Below, piece by piece: positions 37,520 to 49,958 of a DNA stretch of 64,000 nucleotides (the first letter of the stretch is position 1; every line of letters begins with the position of its first letter). The translations under genes and the position numbers were made by a program. This DNA is from Felis catus (Eukaryota), in NCBI RefSeq assembly GCF_018350175.1, contig NC_058368.1:158164001-158228000 (forward strand), written 5' to 3'. Under the pieces are notes generated by a model. The model was given only the letters and a program-made list of their open reading frames with translations. It did no database searches and was not told where the DNA came from.

Positions 37520-37735
37520 GGGGCACCTGGGTGGCTCAGTTGGTTAAGCACCCAACTTCGGCTCAGGTCATGATCTCATGGGTCTGTGGGTTTGAGCCCC
37601 ATGTAGAGCTCTGTGCTGACAGCTCCAAGCCTGGAGCCTGCTTAGTATTGTGTGTCTCCCTCTCTCTCTGCCCCTCCCCCACTCATGCTCTGTCTCTCTC
37701 TCTCTCAAAAATGAACATTAAACATTTTTAAAAAA
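37520..37735 (+). mobile_element. Can-SINE
   Basis: Canonical; TSD aaaaata[t/a]gttga. Confidence 0.94.
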
Positions 37736-37744
37736 TAAGTTGAA

Positions 37745-38766
37745 TAATTTAAAAAAGACAGTGAAAGGTAACTCTCCTTCCCACTTCACCTCCCTAATCT
37801 CCCAATTTCCTCCCCAAAGGCAACTATTATTTATAGTTTATTATGTATCATTCCAGATACGTAAGGAATACATTCCAGCACAAGGAATACATATGTGGTT
37901 ATATAGAAAGTTCATAAAATATATACCTCTTTTTTATTATTTTATATACTATGAATACCATATATGCCATTCTTCACACTGCCTCTTTCAGTTATTAATA
38001 CATCTAATACATCTTATAAAAAGAGTCCATATCAACTCACAGAAATCTCTTTTTTAAATGGCTGCATGATCTCCTATTATGTGGTTGTTTTATACTATAT
38101 TTAGCTGTTCCCTACTGGTAAACATTTAGCTGGTTTCTAGTTTCTCACTATTATGAACAATGCTGTAAAGAACAGTTTTTTGTGTGTCTTTGTACATATG
38201 TATATACAAGTATATTTGTTAGAGAAACTCCTAAAAATGGAATCACTAGTGAAAAGATATACACATTTACATTTTTGACAGATGTTTGCCAAATTGCCAA
38301 CCAAAAATTGTTGGATCAATTTATATTCCCATTAACAATGTGAGATGGGACCTATTTCTCTATCACATTACCAGTGCCATGTATTATTAATCTTTTGTGC
38401 TTTTCCCAATCTAATAGGATAAGAATGGGATCAGATTGTGGTTTTAATATGTATTTGTTTTATTTTGAATCAGATTGGAGCATCTTTCCACATGGTAATA
38501 AGACATTTATATTCCTTTATCTCTGAATTCTCTATTAGTACCCTTTGCAGTGTTTCTATTGAATTGTTGATTCTACTATTGGCTTATAGTCATGTGTAGA
38601 TTGTCTTTATTTACACATTTATTTTCTATGAGGAATTTTAAAATTTTAATATAGTCTTTTCTTTACCTTTTTGTTAATCTTTTAATCTTTTCTTAATCTT
38701 TTCCTTTAAGGCTTCTAGGTTTTGTGTCATATTTTATTTTGTTTCCTAATTTTTTAATTTATTTTT

Positions 38767-38812
<46 letters not shown>

Positions 38813-38990
38813 GAGAATCCCAAGCAGTATCTGTCAGTGCAGAGCCTGATGTGGGGCTTGAGCTCACTAATGGTGAGATCACGATCTGAGCTGAAATCAA
38901 GGTTCAGACACTTAACTGACTGAGCCACACAGGAGCCCCTGTGTCATATTTTAGAAAGAGCTTTCTAATGTAAGATTGTAAAAAATATTG
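37745..38990 (-). mobile_element. Old L1ME-like fragment containing a Can-SINE
   Basis: ctattatgaacaatgctgtaaagaaca...gccaaattgcc...caatttatattcccattaacaatg. Confidence 0.7.
38748..38939 (-). mobile_element. Can-SINE
   Basis: Canonical; TSD tgtgtcatatttta. Confidence 0.93.
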
Positions 38991-39305
38991 TCCTCTGACA
39001 CAAAATTTGAGATGCTTTTACAGTGTTTTCTCGCTCACTGACATCTTTAAAAAGATAATTATTTAGAAAGAACTATACAAACTCACATTTCACCTCTTGG
39101 AAAGCAGCAGTCACACTGTCTTATACATTTAATTTAGAATATCTACCTTTCCAAAGCACTAGAATCTTAAAAATTTAAAGTTTAGATTGAGAGATTAAGA
39201 AAAAGAGAATCCTTGTCAATTGTAATAATCTTTGAAAATCTTACAAGTGGAATTACATTTGAAACATATAAAATAGGAATAATTTTTACATTTAAGAATA
39301 ATTTG

Positions 39306-39525
39306 GGGGGCTTCTGGGTGGCTCAGTTAGTTAAGCATCTGACTTTGGCTCAGGTCATGATCTCATGGTTTGTGGGTTCAAGCCCCACATCAGGCTGTGT
39401 GCTGACAGCTCGGAGCCTGGAGCCTGCTTCAGACTCTGTGTCTCCCCCTGTTCCTCCCCCACGTGTGCTCTGTCTTTCTCTGTCTCTCAAAAATAAATAA
39501 ACGTTAAATAAATTAAAATAAAAAA
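39306..39525 (+). mobile_element. Can-SINE
   Basis: Canonical; TSD aagaataatttggg. Confidence 0.95.
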
Positions 39526-39544
39526 AGAATAATTTGGGTAGGTA

Positions 39545-40146
39545 GGGTGTACTTAGTGACTTGCTTCCAAAGAACAGAGTATGGAAAGGGAGAGATGTTA
39601 ACTTCCCAGTGGAGAAACCTGGCAAACATGACCTTACCCCAGTGATGGAGGTTGACATCATCACTGATAAATCACATGGATATCATGGATCCTCCATACA
39701 ATGTGATAAGAAGGCCAGTTACTAGTATCGTATTCCTCCAAACTGCAAGTCTTAGCCTAATCATGAGAGAAACATCAGATTTGTTTTCAAATTGAGGGAA
39801 ATTCTACAAAACATCTGACCACTATTCCTCAAAATTGCCAAGGTTGTGTAAAACAAGGAAAGCCTGAAAAACTGCCACAGACCACAGAGGAGACTAAGGA
39901 GACATGACTGCAGTGTGATATCCTAGACCAGAATCTCAAGCAGAACAAGGACCTCAATGAAATAATGGTGAAATCCACATGAAGTCTGCAGTTTAGTTAA
40001 TAGCAATGTACCAGTGTTGGTTTCATAATTTTGACAAATGTATCATGTTGATATAAGATGGTGACATTAGGGGAAACAGAAACTGGGAATGCTCTACTTT
40101 GGAAAGATAATCTTTGCAACTTGCTTGTATATCTAAAATTACTCCA
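39545..40146 (+). mobile_element. L1MC-like 3' end
   Basis: gtgacttgcttccaaagaacagagtatggaaaggg...gagactaaggagacatgac; similar to the 28180-29640 copy. Confidence 0.8.
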
Positions 40147-40341
40147 GGGGCACCTGGGTGGCTCAGTTGGTTAAGCGTCCCACTCTTAAGCTCAGGTCAT
40201 GATCCTAGGGTCATGAGATCGAGCACTGTGTCAGGCTTTGTGCCGAGTATGGAGTCTGCTTGGGATTCTTTCTCTCCTCTTCTCTTCTCTTCTCTTCTCT
40301 TCTCTTCTCTTCTCTTCTCTTCTCTTCTCTTCTCTTCTCTT

Positions 40342-40392
<51 letters not shown>

Positions 40393-40398
40393 TGCCCC
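40147..40398 (+). mobile_element. Can-SINE with expanded (CTTCT)n(CT)n tract
   Basis: Canonical head; ~120-nt pyrimidine tract; TSD aaatta[c/t]tcca. Confidence 0.9.
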
Positions 40399-40440
40399 AA
40401 ATTATTCCAAAACAAAATTTTATTAGAAAATTAATTTCAG

Positions 40441-40628
40441 AGGTGCCTGGGTGGCTCACTCAGTTAAGCGTCTGATTTGGTTTGTGAGTTGAGCCCTACA
40501 TCAAGCTCTGTGCTGACAGCTTGGAGCCTAGAGCCTGCTTCAGATTCTGTGTCTCCCTCTCTCTCTCTCTCTCTGCCCCTCCCCAACTTGTGCTCTGTCT
40601 CTCTCAAAGGTAAATGTTAAAAAAAAAT
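40441..40628 (+). mobile_element. Can-SINE
   Basis: Canonical with small deletion; TSD aaaattaattt. Confidence 0.9.
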
Positions 40629-40962
40629 AAAATTAATTTGATATTTAACAAGAATATTCTGAGAATAAACACCCCTAAAATATTTGAAATAAAATTTCAT
40701 TTGAAATGACCATTTTTAAGTCCTAAAGATAATTTTCCTACAGTTCATTCCTGCCTGAAGTGGCTGATCAACATGAAATGTGAATCTGCCAAGTAACAAA
40801 ATTACTTTTGCTATGAGTACCTTTTTAAAATGTCTTGGAGAAATTGCAAATGTCAGTGAGTATGGAGAAGAGTAAGTGACCATCCTTGTAAGAGGATCTT
40901 AAAGTGTCCTTTTGAAGTTCACACATAGTCCTCATGTTAAGGACAAGGTTTATAAGAAAGAG

Positions 40963-41262
40963 TTTTTTTTTTTAATAACAGCTTAATTGAAATATGATTT
41001 ATATACTATATAATTCACCTGTTTTAACTATAAATTTCAGGGTTTTTAGTATCTTAATAGACATGTAAATCAGCAGTCAATTTTGGGACATTTTCATTAC
41101 CTCAAAAAGAAACCCCAAACCCTTTAGCTATCACCCTCCTGTCCTCACAACCAGTGCCCCCCCCAACCCTAAACAACTACTAATCTACTTTCTGTCTCTA
41201 TAGATTGGCCTATTCTGACATTTCATATAAATGAATGATATATAACCTTTTGTAACTGGCTA
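40963..41262 (-). mobile_element. L1MB-like 3' end
   Basis: T tail, aacagcttaattgaaatatgattt...ctactaatctactttctgtctctatagatt. Confidence 0.85.
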
Positions 41263-41376
41263 GTATTATTTTTATATTCTCCAGATACACTCTGAAGAAC
41301 AGATAGCTAAAGTACCTTAGAAAAATTAACTTTTATCACTCCAGGTATTAAACCACTCATTTAAAAATATAATCTC

Positions 41377-41600
41377 GGGGTGCCTGGGTGGCCCAGTTGG
41401 TTGAGCGTCTGACTTCGGCTCAGGTCATGATCTCACAGTTGGTGGGTTCAAGCCCCGCATCGGGCTCTGTGCTGACCGCTCAGAGCCTGGAGCCTGTTTC
41501 AGATTCTGTGTCTCCCTCTCTCTCTTCCCTCCCCTGTTCATGCTGTGTCTCTGTCTCAAAAATAAATAAACATTAAAAAAATTTTTTTAATATAATTTTT
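41377..41600 (+). mobile_element. Can-SINE
   Basis: Canonical; TSD aaaaatataatc. Confidence 0.95.
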
Positions 41601-41912
41601 TAAAAAATATAATCCCCATCCCAAGGCATTATACATCCCATCCATATACAAACATTCCATTTCAAATTCCATGACAAGTTTTATTTTGTATATATAGCAA
41701 AGAATAAATACAGAGAAGTGATGAGGAGCACCAGCTAGAGAGCTAGACCACTTGATTCAAATGCTAACAGAGTCACTTAGCAGCTGTGTAACCCAGGGCA
41801 AATTCAACCTCTCTGGGCCTTAGTTTCCTCTTCTATAGCATGTTTCCTACTTCATAAGGGTGCAATGAATGAATATATGCAAATTTATGCAAAGTCCTTA
41901 AAAACTTGAATA

Positions 41913-42292
41913 AAATCTTGCCATTTGCAACTACGTGGATGGAACTAGAGTGTATCATGCTAAGTGAAGTAAGTCAGTCAGAGAAAGACAAATATCATAT
42001 GATGTCACTTATATGTGGAATTTAAGAAACAAAACAGATGAACCTAGAGGAAGGGAAGCAAAGATAAGATAAAAACAGAGAGGGAGACAAACCATAAGAT
42101 ACTCTTATATACAGAGAACAAACTGAGGGTTGCTGGAGGGGAGGTGGGTAGGGGATGGGGTAAATGGGTGATGGGCATTAGGGAGGGCACTTGTTGAGAG
42201 GAGCACTGGGTGTTATATGTAAGTGATGAATCACTAAATTCTAGTCCTGAAATCATTATTATACTATATGTTAACCAACTTGGATTTAAATT
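41913..42292 (+). mobile_element. Carnivore L1 3' end, adjacent to/within a MIR (41720-41905)
   Basis: aaatcttgccatttgcaactacgtggatggaactagag...tatatgttaaccaacttggatttaaa. Confidence 0.92.
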
Positions 42293-42854
42293 TTTTAAGA
42301 AGTTTCTAATATATAGTAAATACTATATGTTTTCTACGTATTTACTGTATCAACTGTGAGAGCCATTCAGTACCATTAGTGTTTAGACATTACCATTACC
42401 GAGTGTTTAGACAGTTCTCTTGACCTTCTAATCTTATATGATCAGATTTTCTACTTCAAGTATCTTCCTAAATTCCCCAGTCTATGTCTTTTATCTTTTG
42501 AAGAAAGAAGTTTAGCCTGGGGAAAAACAACAACAACAACAACAATATGTTCTTACTCATTCCATAAGTGTTTAGGGAGGACATATTATGTGCCAGGCAT
42601 AGCCTCAAGTTCTAGGAATAAGACTGAAATGACCCTTTTCATCACAAAGTCTAGTGTGGTAGGGTCCCCTCCCTAAGGAGAAAGAGAAAAAAGGGAGAGA
42701 AAAATTAAAGGTAACCTGGCCTTCTAGGAAGAATTATATCATCACAGAAGGAAACAAGGAAAGAACATCTTCTGGTTCGATTTGGAGGGTTTATAGAAAA
42801 AGTTTTGGAGCATGGAGGAAATAATGGAACTAAGATAGAAAGAGAAAGGATTTG

Positions 42855-43021
42855 GGGGGACATCTGAGTGGCTCAGTTGATTAAGCATCTGACCCTTGAT
42901 TTTGGCTCAGATCATGGTCTTGTGGTCTTGAGATCAAGCCATGCATCAGGTTCTGGCTGGGTGTGGAGCCTGCTTAAGATTCTCTCTGCTCTCCTGCTTG
43001 CTTGCATGTATGCACATGCAT

Positions 43022-43069
<48 letters not shown>

Positions 43070-43124
43070 AAAAAAAAATAAATATTTTAAAAATTAAAAT
43101 AAATTAAAAAATAAAAATAAAAAA
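42855..43124 (+). mobile_element. Older Can-SINE with (CT)n
   Basis: Diverged head, cctgcttaagattctctc, A-rich tail. Confidence 0.88.
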
Positions 43125-44159
43125 GGAAAAGGATTTTTAAAGATGTTTTGCTGAGTGTTCAGATTGTGGGCCCGCTCGGGAATTTTCTATTGCAGTAAAA
43201 GGATTGCAGTAAAGATGAAAATGCTTTTAGTTACTTTTGGACCACTGGACCACTGTTTATTTAAATATAAGCTGCATTTAGGATTAGGCTGTCAGAATCT
43301 TTGACTTGATATGGACAATAGACAGCTACAATGTAATGCACGGTTGCCAAAAGTTAGTGCTTTGGAAAAGGGAAGGGAGGAGTGCTCCAGGGGGGTGGGA
43401 AATGAGCAAAGGCAGAACTGGGAAGAGCCAAGAATGTTCCAGGATCTGAAAGCAGAAGGGCATGCCTGGAGCACAGCCCCATGAAGGCACAAGCCAGACC
43501 CTGCAGGCCCTGGGAGGCCATGTTAAGGGATCTAAACTTCATTCTGTTGGCAATAAGGAGCCATCAAGGACTGTAAACAAGGAAGAGAGATGACTCATAC
43601 AGCACTAGTTAGTTGTTGGCCCCAAGAGTATACTGACTCAGAACTGAACTGTTTTCAGGGACCCATACCCCCGAGGATGCAGAGACACAGACCTAAGGGA
43701 ATTAGTAAGGAAGGTGGAAGACAGCTGAAGGCTTATAGCTTACTAGCAAATAGGGGTGTCTTATACCTACTTCCTTGTCTGCTGCCAGACCTATAGAACA
43801 ATCTTTTTTTTTTTTTTTTGCTTTTTGCTTTAAAAAAACTAAACAAAACTAGAAAATAAAAATTTTATTTTCCCTTTATTTCTAACCATTCTTTGCAGTC
43901 AAATTTTAAAATTGTCGTTTCCATGTGTCTAGATGGCAGTATTCACGGCATGGCTGCTCTGTGAAATAAATTGTTCTTCAGTGACCCCTCTGGAAGGCAA
44001 ATGTCATTGTAAAAGGGGGAGAAATTTAATTAAATGGGTAATATCATCAGACCTAATGTTTAGTTGCATAGCAACGTGACAGCGTACTTTGGTAATATCA
44101 ATTCCTTCCTCAATACTATTTGCCAAGTTTTACGGTGTTCTATTGCACTGAGGACTGTA

Positions 44160-44560
44160 ATGTGTGTGATAAGCTATCCAAATCCCCTTCAGGAATACAA
44201 AAGCCCTTATTCCAGCTCCTAGGAGTGCCCCAGCAGACAGCCCTCATCTCTCAGCTCCTTTGGGGGTTATACAGCTTAAGGGAGTCACTTCCCTCCCTGG
44301 AAGCCATGCTCCCTCACTCCTGGCCATACCCAAGAACAGTGATGCAGGCTTGAAAGGACTCAGCCCTCTCTCACCAGCCCCCAATCATTCTGAAGGGCTT
44401 CCTGTCCTGGTGGTCATTCCCTGCAGGGTTGTTATGGGAGGCTTCTACTGGATCTGCACCCCAGCTCAACTTCTCTGTTGACCCATCCTTCCCTCCCTCC
44501 CACAGATGTTGATCCCTTGAGTACTCCCTAATAAAGCCCTGAAAAGGAGGTATGATCTCA
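44160..44560 (+). mobile_element. Old ERVL LTR (LTR16-like)
   Basis: gatgttgatcccttgagtactccctaataaa motif near the 3' end. Confidence 0.5.
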
Positions 44561-44866
44561 GTCCTCTTTGGTCCACACTGACAACAAATAGGCTGAAGAA
44601 CAAGACATGAAGGTATTTTGCAGGTGTTTTACTATCTGCAGGCACTAAAGGATGAGAAATAAAACATGAGGGACTAGCTATGGGTATGTGTGTGATGCAA
44701 GTTCCTGTTTGGCAACAGTGAAAACTTTAAAAATGACTTCATCTGCTGCTTATTCTCTTTGCTTTCTTCATCCTCTGTCCCTCCATCCTTCCATCTCCAT
44801 TCTTTCTCCCTCCTGCCACCCCATCAGCCACCCATACACAAGCCCAACATGATGTGAGAAGCAAGG

Positions 44867-45425
44867 TGTCTTCATCCATTCAGGCTGCTATAACAAAAGG
44901 GGTGCCTGGGTGGCTCAGTTGGTTAAGCATCCAACTTGGCTCTGATCATGATCTCACGGTTCATAAGTTCAAGCCCTGCATCTGGCTCTGCACTGATGGT
45001 GCAGATCCTGCTTGGGATTCTCTCTCTCTCCCTCTCTCTCTGCCCCTTCAGCGTTCTCTCATTCTCTTTCAAAATAAATTAAAAAAAACTGTAAAAAAAA
45101 AAAAAAGTACTACAGGCTGGAGAGCTTACACAACATAACAGAAATGTTCTTCTCGCAGCTCTGGAGGCTGGAAGTCTGTGATCAGGGTGCCAGTAAGTTT
45201 GAGCGAGGGGACTTTTCCTAGCTGCCCACTTTTCATTGTATTCTCACATGGCAGGAAGGGCAAAGGAGCTCTCCTGGGACATCTTTTATAAGGGCATTAA
45301 TCTCCATGAGAGCTCCGCCCTCATGAATTAATCATCTCTTAAAGGCCCCACCTCCTAATGCCACCACACTGGGCATTAGGATTTTATTATGGGAATTTGG
45401 GGGGCACAACATTCAGACCGTAGCA
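44867..45425 (-). mobile_element. MaLR solo LTR (MLT1A-like) interrupted by a Can-SINE
   Basis: tgtcttcatccattcaggctgctataacaaaa ... ctctggaggctggaagtc ... aaaggccccacctcctaat ... acattcagaccgtagca. Confidence 0.88.
44899..45106 (+). mobile_element. Can-SINE
   Basis: Canonical. Confidence 0.92.
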
Positions 45426-46003
45426 TATGGCCAAACTCCTGTGATCTAAACACATTCTCTTACTGACTAGCTCCTCTTCATCCCCTTTATCACAGAACTT
45501 CACCACTGAAGCCATTCTTCTGGATAATTCAACAGTCAGAATCATGAAGTTCCTACTCAGATACACACATGTTATAAGGGAAAAGAGGGTCTGAAACTTT
45601 GCATATTATTCCTACGTCTTTGGTTATTTGCAAGGATGCTTCTTTTTTTCTTTTTCTTTTTTTTCTCTGGTTTACTCAGGAAAATGTCACTACAAAGTGA
45701 AGCAAACCTGGCTGAGAGTCTCAAGATGGCAGACAGGACAGGTAAGTTTTGGTGGGACTGGCAGGCACTTGGACATCAGCCAGAAGGTACAGGCTTTCTG
45801 GAGGTAACCTCCATTCCAGAAATATGTGGTGTTGTAGAAAGAAATATCAACCAAGGGAAGGGGACTATTCAAACTGTGAGTACCTCAGAAAACTACTCTG
45901 AGTCCTCCTCAATCTCACCCCCTGGCTGGGTTACCAAAACGCTCTCAGTTGTCAGATCTAATAGACACTCTTCATACGTTGTCTGATGCAACTTTTGAGT
46001 GAA

Positions 46004-46218
46004 ATTTTAAGTGTTTATTTATTTGAGGAGAGAGAGAGAAAGAGAGAGAGTACAAGTAGGGGAGGGCAGAGAGAGAGAAGGAGAGAGAGAACCCCCAACA
46101 GGCTCCCTGCTGTCAGGGCAGAGCCTGACACAGGGCTGGAACTCAGGAACTGTGAGATCACTACCTGAGCTGAAATCAAGAGTCAGAGGCTTAACCACCT
46201 GAGCCACCCAGGTGCCCC
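46004..46218 (-). mobile_element. Can-SINE
   Basis: Canonical; TSD tgagtgaaattt. Confidence 0.93.
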
Positions 46219-47524
46219 TGAGTGAAATTTCATACCGTGGACCAGCCCTTCCTTTTAGAAACCCCTCATTCCTTGGCCTCTGGTGCTTGCTTCTGTACTG
46301 GATTCCTTCTGCCTCACTCTAGCTCCTTCTCAGGTTCCACTGGCTTCTTCTCTGGACTTCATCACGTCTTTGTTTTTCTCATTTTACATGCTTCCGGATG
46401 AGAAGTGATGGGGTCCTCAACAGCTCCAGCAGCAGTGGGGATAAAGAGGACATACAACGTGAAGGCTGATTGGAGGAGGTTTCCAACTCACTCAAGTCAA
46501 ACATCAGGAGAGGAAGCAGCCCCTGAGCTCCCTTCCTCCCCAGCCAGCCCACCCTTGCATCAGAGCCAGAAGTCCCATAGTGCTGCCGGAATATCTTTGC
46601 CAGCCCTTACCCTTATCCCACGGTCATGTAGTGGTGGATTTATTTGTCTTTCCCCCTAGACCGTGAGGTCCTTGGTACCTCCACAGTCTGACACATTGCA
46701 GTCAATCCTGTTACTGAGTAAAGGAATGAGGTACTTAAAATATGTACAAATAAAAATGTAGCACAAGTTGCCATATTTACTTAAAATGAGCTTCCCTAAG
46801 ATGCTCAAATGCTGGGCGTGGTATCAAAGTTCAAATTTCTCACGGACCATAAAGAAAGTGAAAACACCATCCTTCAACTTATTTGTAATTCTTCTTTACT
46901 CATAGTCATTAATGCACAGTTTAGCTCAAAATTGTTTCTGCTTATGTGAGTTCCAACTCTCAAGCAAAGCCTGAAGGCTAATGTCATTATCTCTTATAGA
47001 TTTTCATATCAATTATACTACCTACTACAGTGGCTGCTCAGTAAATATAAGTTGATAAATGGATTTATTACTCCTAAACTTGGACCAGCAGCTCCAGCCA
47101 GGCAGGTAGGCTCTTTTATATTTCCTGAACTGCCCCATCCCTCTTCTGTCCACATCCCACCATGCAGCCAGTCCAGTCAAGCCTCCTTTCTCTTCCTATA
47201 ATCACCAAAACCCACAGAACCCCAAACTCCCAAAAGAGATTTGTACTTATTCATACCTGTATGTCTCTCAATGTCACCCAAATGATCATGCATTACAAAT
47301 GCCATATGACTTCAGCAAAACTCTAAGTACCTGGAGGGCAGGGAATGTGTATTTTCATCTTTATATCATTCCTTCTACAATTTCTTTCACAGTTCTTTAC
47401 AAGGAAGACTTTTAAGAGGTGTAAAACTAACTGGTATAAGTTCAATTTTAAATACTCTGTCAGAAAAATACCTCAGATTTTAATCAACCAACCATTATTC
47501 GTCCGGATCTAAAACCTGAACCTT

Positions 47525-47693
47525 GGAGCACCTGGGTGGCTCAGTCAGTTAAGATCCCAGCTCTTGGTTTCAGCTCAGGTCATGACCTCACAGTTTGTGA
47601 GATTGAGCCCCGTGTCTGGCTGTGTGCTGACAGCATGGAGCCTGCTTGGGATTCTCCCTCTCTCCCTCTCTCTCAAAGTAAATAAATACATTT
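47525..47693 (+). mobile_element. Can-SINE
   Basis: Canonical; TSD taaaacctgaacct. Confidence 0.93.
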
Positions 47694-49210
47694 TAAAACC
47701 TGAACCTAGGTTCTCTAGGCTCTGAAGTAAGGAACTGTTTCAGTTCCTAGGCCCACAGGTGGGGCTGCCTAGACCTGGCTCCTATTAGTTTTGGTGTTTT
47801 TTTTTTTTTTTTTAATTACTTTAGGTGTTTAGTTGCAAGTCATTTTTTCAGGCTTATGACATATTTCCCCAATTATGAATGTAATTCATACTATAAATTG
47901 ATTTTCCTTGAATGGACAATCATAGACTCCCTGTAGAAGTTGTTACATTTTTACTTATAAATTCTAAGCTGGTAGCCTGTGTGTTGGAACTACTAGGTAT
48001 AAATGGTAATAAGTAAACAACTGTTTAAAAGGAAATCCATTTAAATCACCCCTCTCTCCTCCCCGCATCAAGAAAGCTGCTAGCCAGTAAAAGAAGTCAA
48101 AATCCCTAAAAATGAGAGAGGAGAGGGAAACAAGAATTCATCCTGCCAAGCTCAATGTAGCATGACAAATCTTTTCCTACAATCTGGCTTCTCTCTCTCC
48201 AACTGTCTAAAACACAACACTGCAGACAGAGGCCACCCCCAGGCCCAAAGTGTCATTGTCACTGCTGGGAAACAGGTTTTTTTCTGTCAGGTCTGAGCAC
48301 AAATCCGCAGCAACCGATGGCCAAAGTCTCCGCAGAGGAGCATTTTCTAGACAGGCTTGTTACATTTCACTTACAGGCCCAAACCAGGAAGTGTGGTTTA
48401 AGATGAGCCAAAGACAAAAAACACTTCAGCCTCGGTTACAAAACCCAGCCAGGATCCAGAAAGCCTATAGAGGTTTAAATTGGGGACTATTCGGTTTGGA
48501 TTGGAACCTCGGGCTTCCTACCCTTAAACGTTTCTAAACTTTCAAATCGCGCCCCCCTGCCAAAAAAGCCACCAAAGAGAGACGACATAAAATATACACA
48601 GGAGCGCGCACACAACCTACACAAACACACACATCTACACAAACACACGCACAGACCAATTTGTTTTTGTGATCCGCTTCCTTGTGTAGGCGGTCCAGGA
48701 TTTAAGTCGGTAAGTTCTTCTCCAAACTAAACCAGGGCAGATAGCAGAAAAGGGGTCTAATTCTGGAGATTTTTAAGAACGGTCGAGGCGTAGACTGGCC
48801 ACGCCCGGGTCCCGCTCTCCCGTTGCACAACTGCAAGCTAAGTCTGGGCAAGTCCAAGGAGGAACCCTGAGACCTCCAGCCCCTCCTTCCCTCAACCCAC
48901 GGGAGCAGCAAAATCCTGGGAGGAGGGGAGGATCCCTGGGTGAGGACAACGGGGCCGAGGGTGTTAAATTTCAGCCCCGGAGCCTCGTACCGCTACAGCG
49001 GGGGCCGCCGCCAGCTGCGGGCAGGAAGGGGAGGACCCAGCCTTGCGAGGGGGAGCCCCCGCGCGGGCTCAGGGCTGGGTCGGAAAAGCTGCCTCACGGG
49101 CGCGCCCGCCGGCCCTCTGCTCCGTTCCTCCCTCCCAGAGCTCCCCGCCTGGCCCTCCCTTCTAGTCTCCGCTGCGCCCTCGCGGAGGCAGCGTTTGCAG
49201 CGGCCTTGCT

Positions 49211-49285
49211 ATGTCTCAGCCGGGCCAGAAGCCCGCGGCCTCCCCGCGGACCCGGCGCGCTGCAGCGGCCCGCCAAACCCAGGAG
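49211..49285 (+). CDS. CAST: Calpastatin exon 1xa coding part (type I N-terminus, XL region)
   Basis: MSQPGQKPAASPRTRRAAAARQTQE then donor GAG|gtgagt, phase 0; matches recalled human MSQPGQKPAASPRPRRAAAARRTHE. Confidence 0.96.
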
Positions 49286-49725
49286 GTGAGTGGCGCTCCT
49301 GCGGGAACCACAGGGTTGGGCGCTGGGAGACCAGGGCCCGTAGCCGCGGGACACCTCTTATGGGCTTAACCTGTCTGGCCTCCAGCACCGTGCGCCCCCT
49401 CCCAGGCCGGAATAGGGCGCGGGGCTCAGTGCCCGCCTCTGGGCAGGTGGCTGGTGGTGGCAGGTTATTCCCGGACTGGGGCCAAGTGCACTGGGCGTGG
49501 CACGAACTCAACAGGGGCTGGCCCGCGCCGGGAAAAGTTGGATGGTAAGAGGTGGGTGAAATGAGGATAGGGATGAAAGGAGGAAAAAGTTCACTCGGGA
49601 CCCCTAGAGTGGGTGGGGTGGTTTAACTGGACCGCGGGATCCTCTCTTTCGTCTAAAGCCCAGGCTGCAGGGCGTGGCTGCCTGGAGAAATAACACATCT
49701 TCCTTAACCAGCCCCAAGCCAAATC

Positions 49726-49759
49726 GGGCGGGGCGGGGCCAGCCGGCCGGGGCGGGGCC
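49726..49759 (+). promoter_or_regulatory. CAST: Clustered GC boxes (Sp/KLF) upstream of exon 1xb
   Basis: gggcggggcggggcc...ggggcggggcc about 170-200 nt before the 1xb ATG. Confidence 0.75.
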
Positions 49760-49928
49760 TGCATCGGGCACCGCCCCGTTGCCCTCCCCCCTGACAGCTG
49801 CGGGGCTCGCCGAGCTCAGAGCCCGTCCGCTCCAAGCAGGCGAAGTGAGAACCCTCCACCTTCTGTACCGCACACCGCGTCTTCGCCGGGCCCTCCGCCG
49901 CACGGCTCTGAGCAAACCGGTTATCGCC

Positions 49929-49958
49929 ATGGCGTTCGCAAGCTGGTGGTACAAGACG
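49929..49958 (+). CDS. CAST: Calpastatin exon 1xb coding part (type II N-terminus)
   Basis: gccATGG Kozak; MAFASWWYKT; donor ACG|gtaaat, phase 0. Confidence 0.95.
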
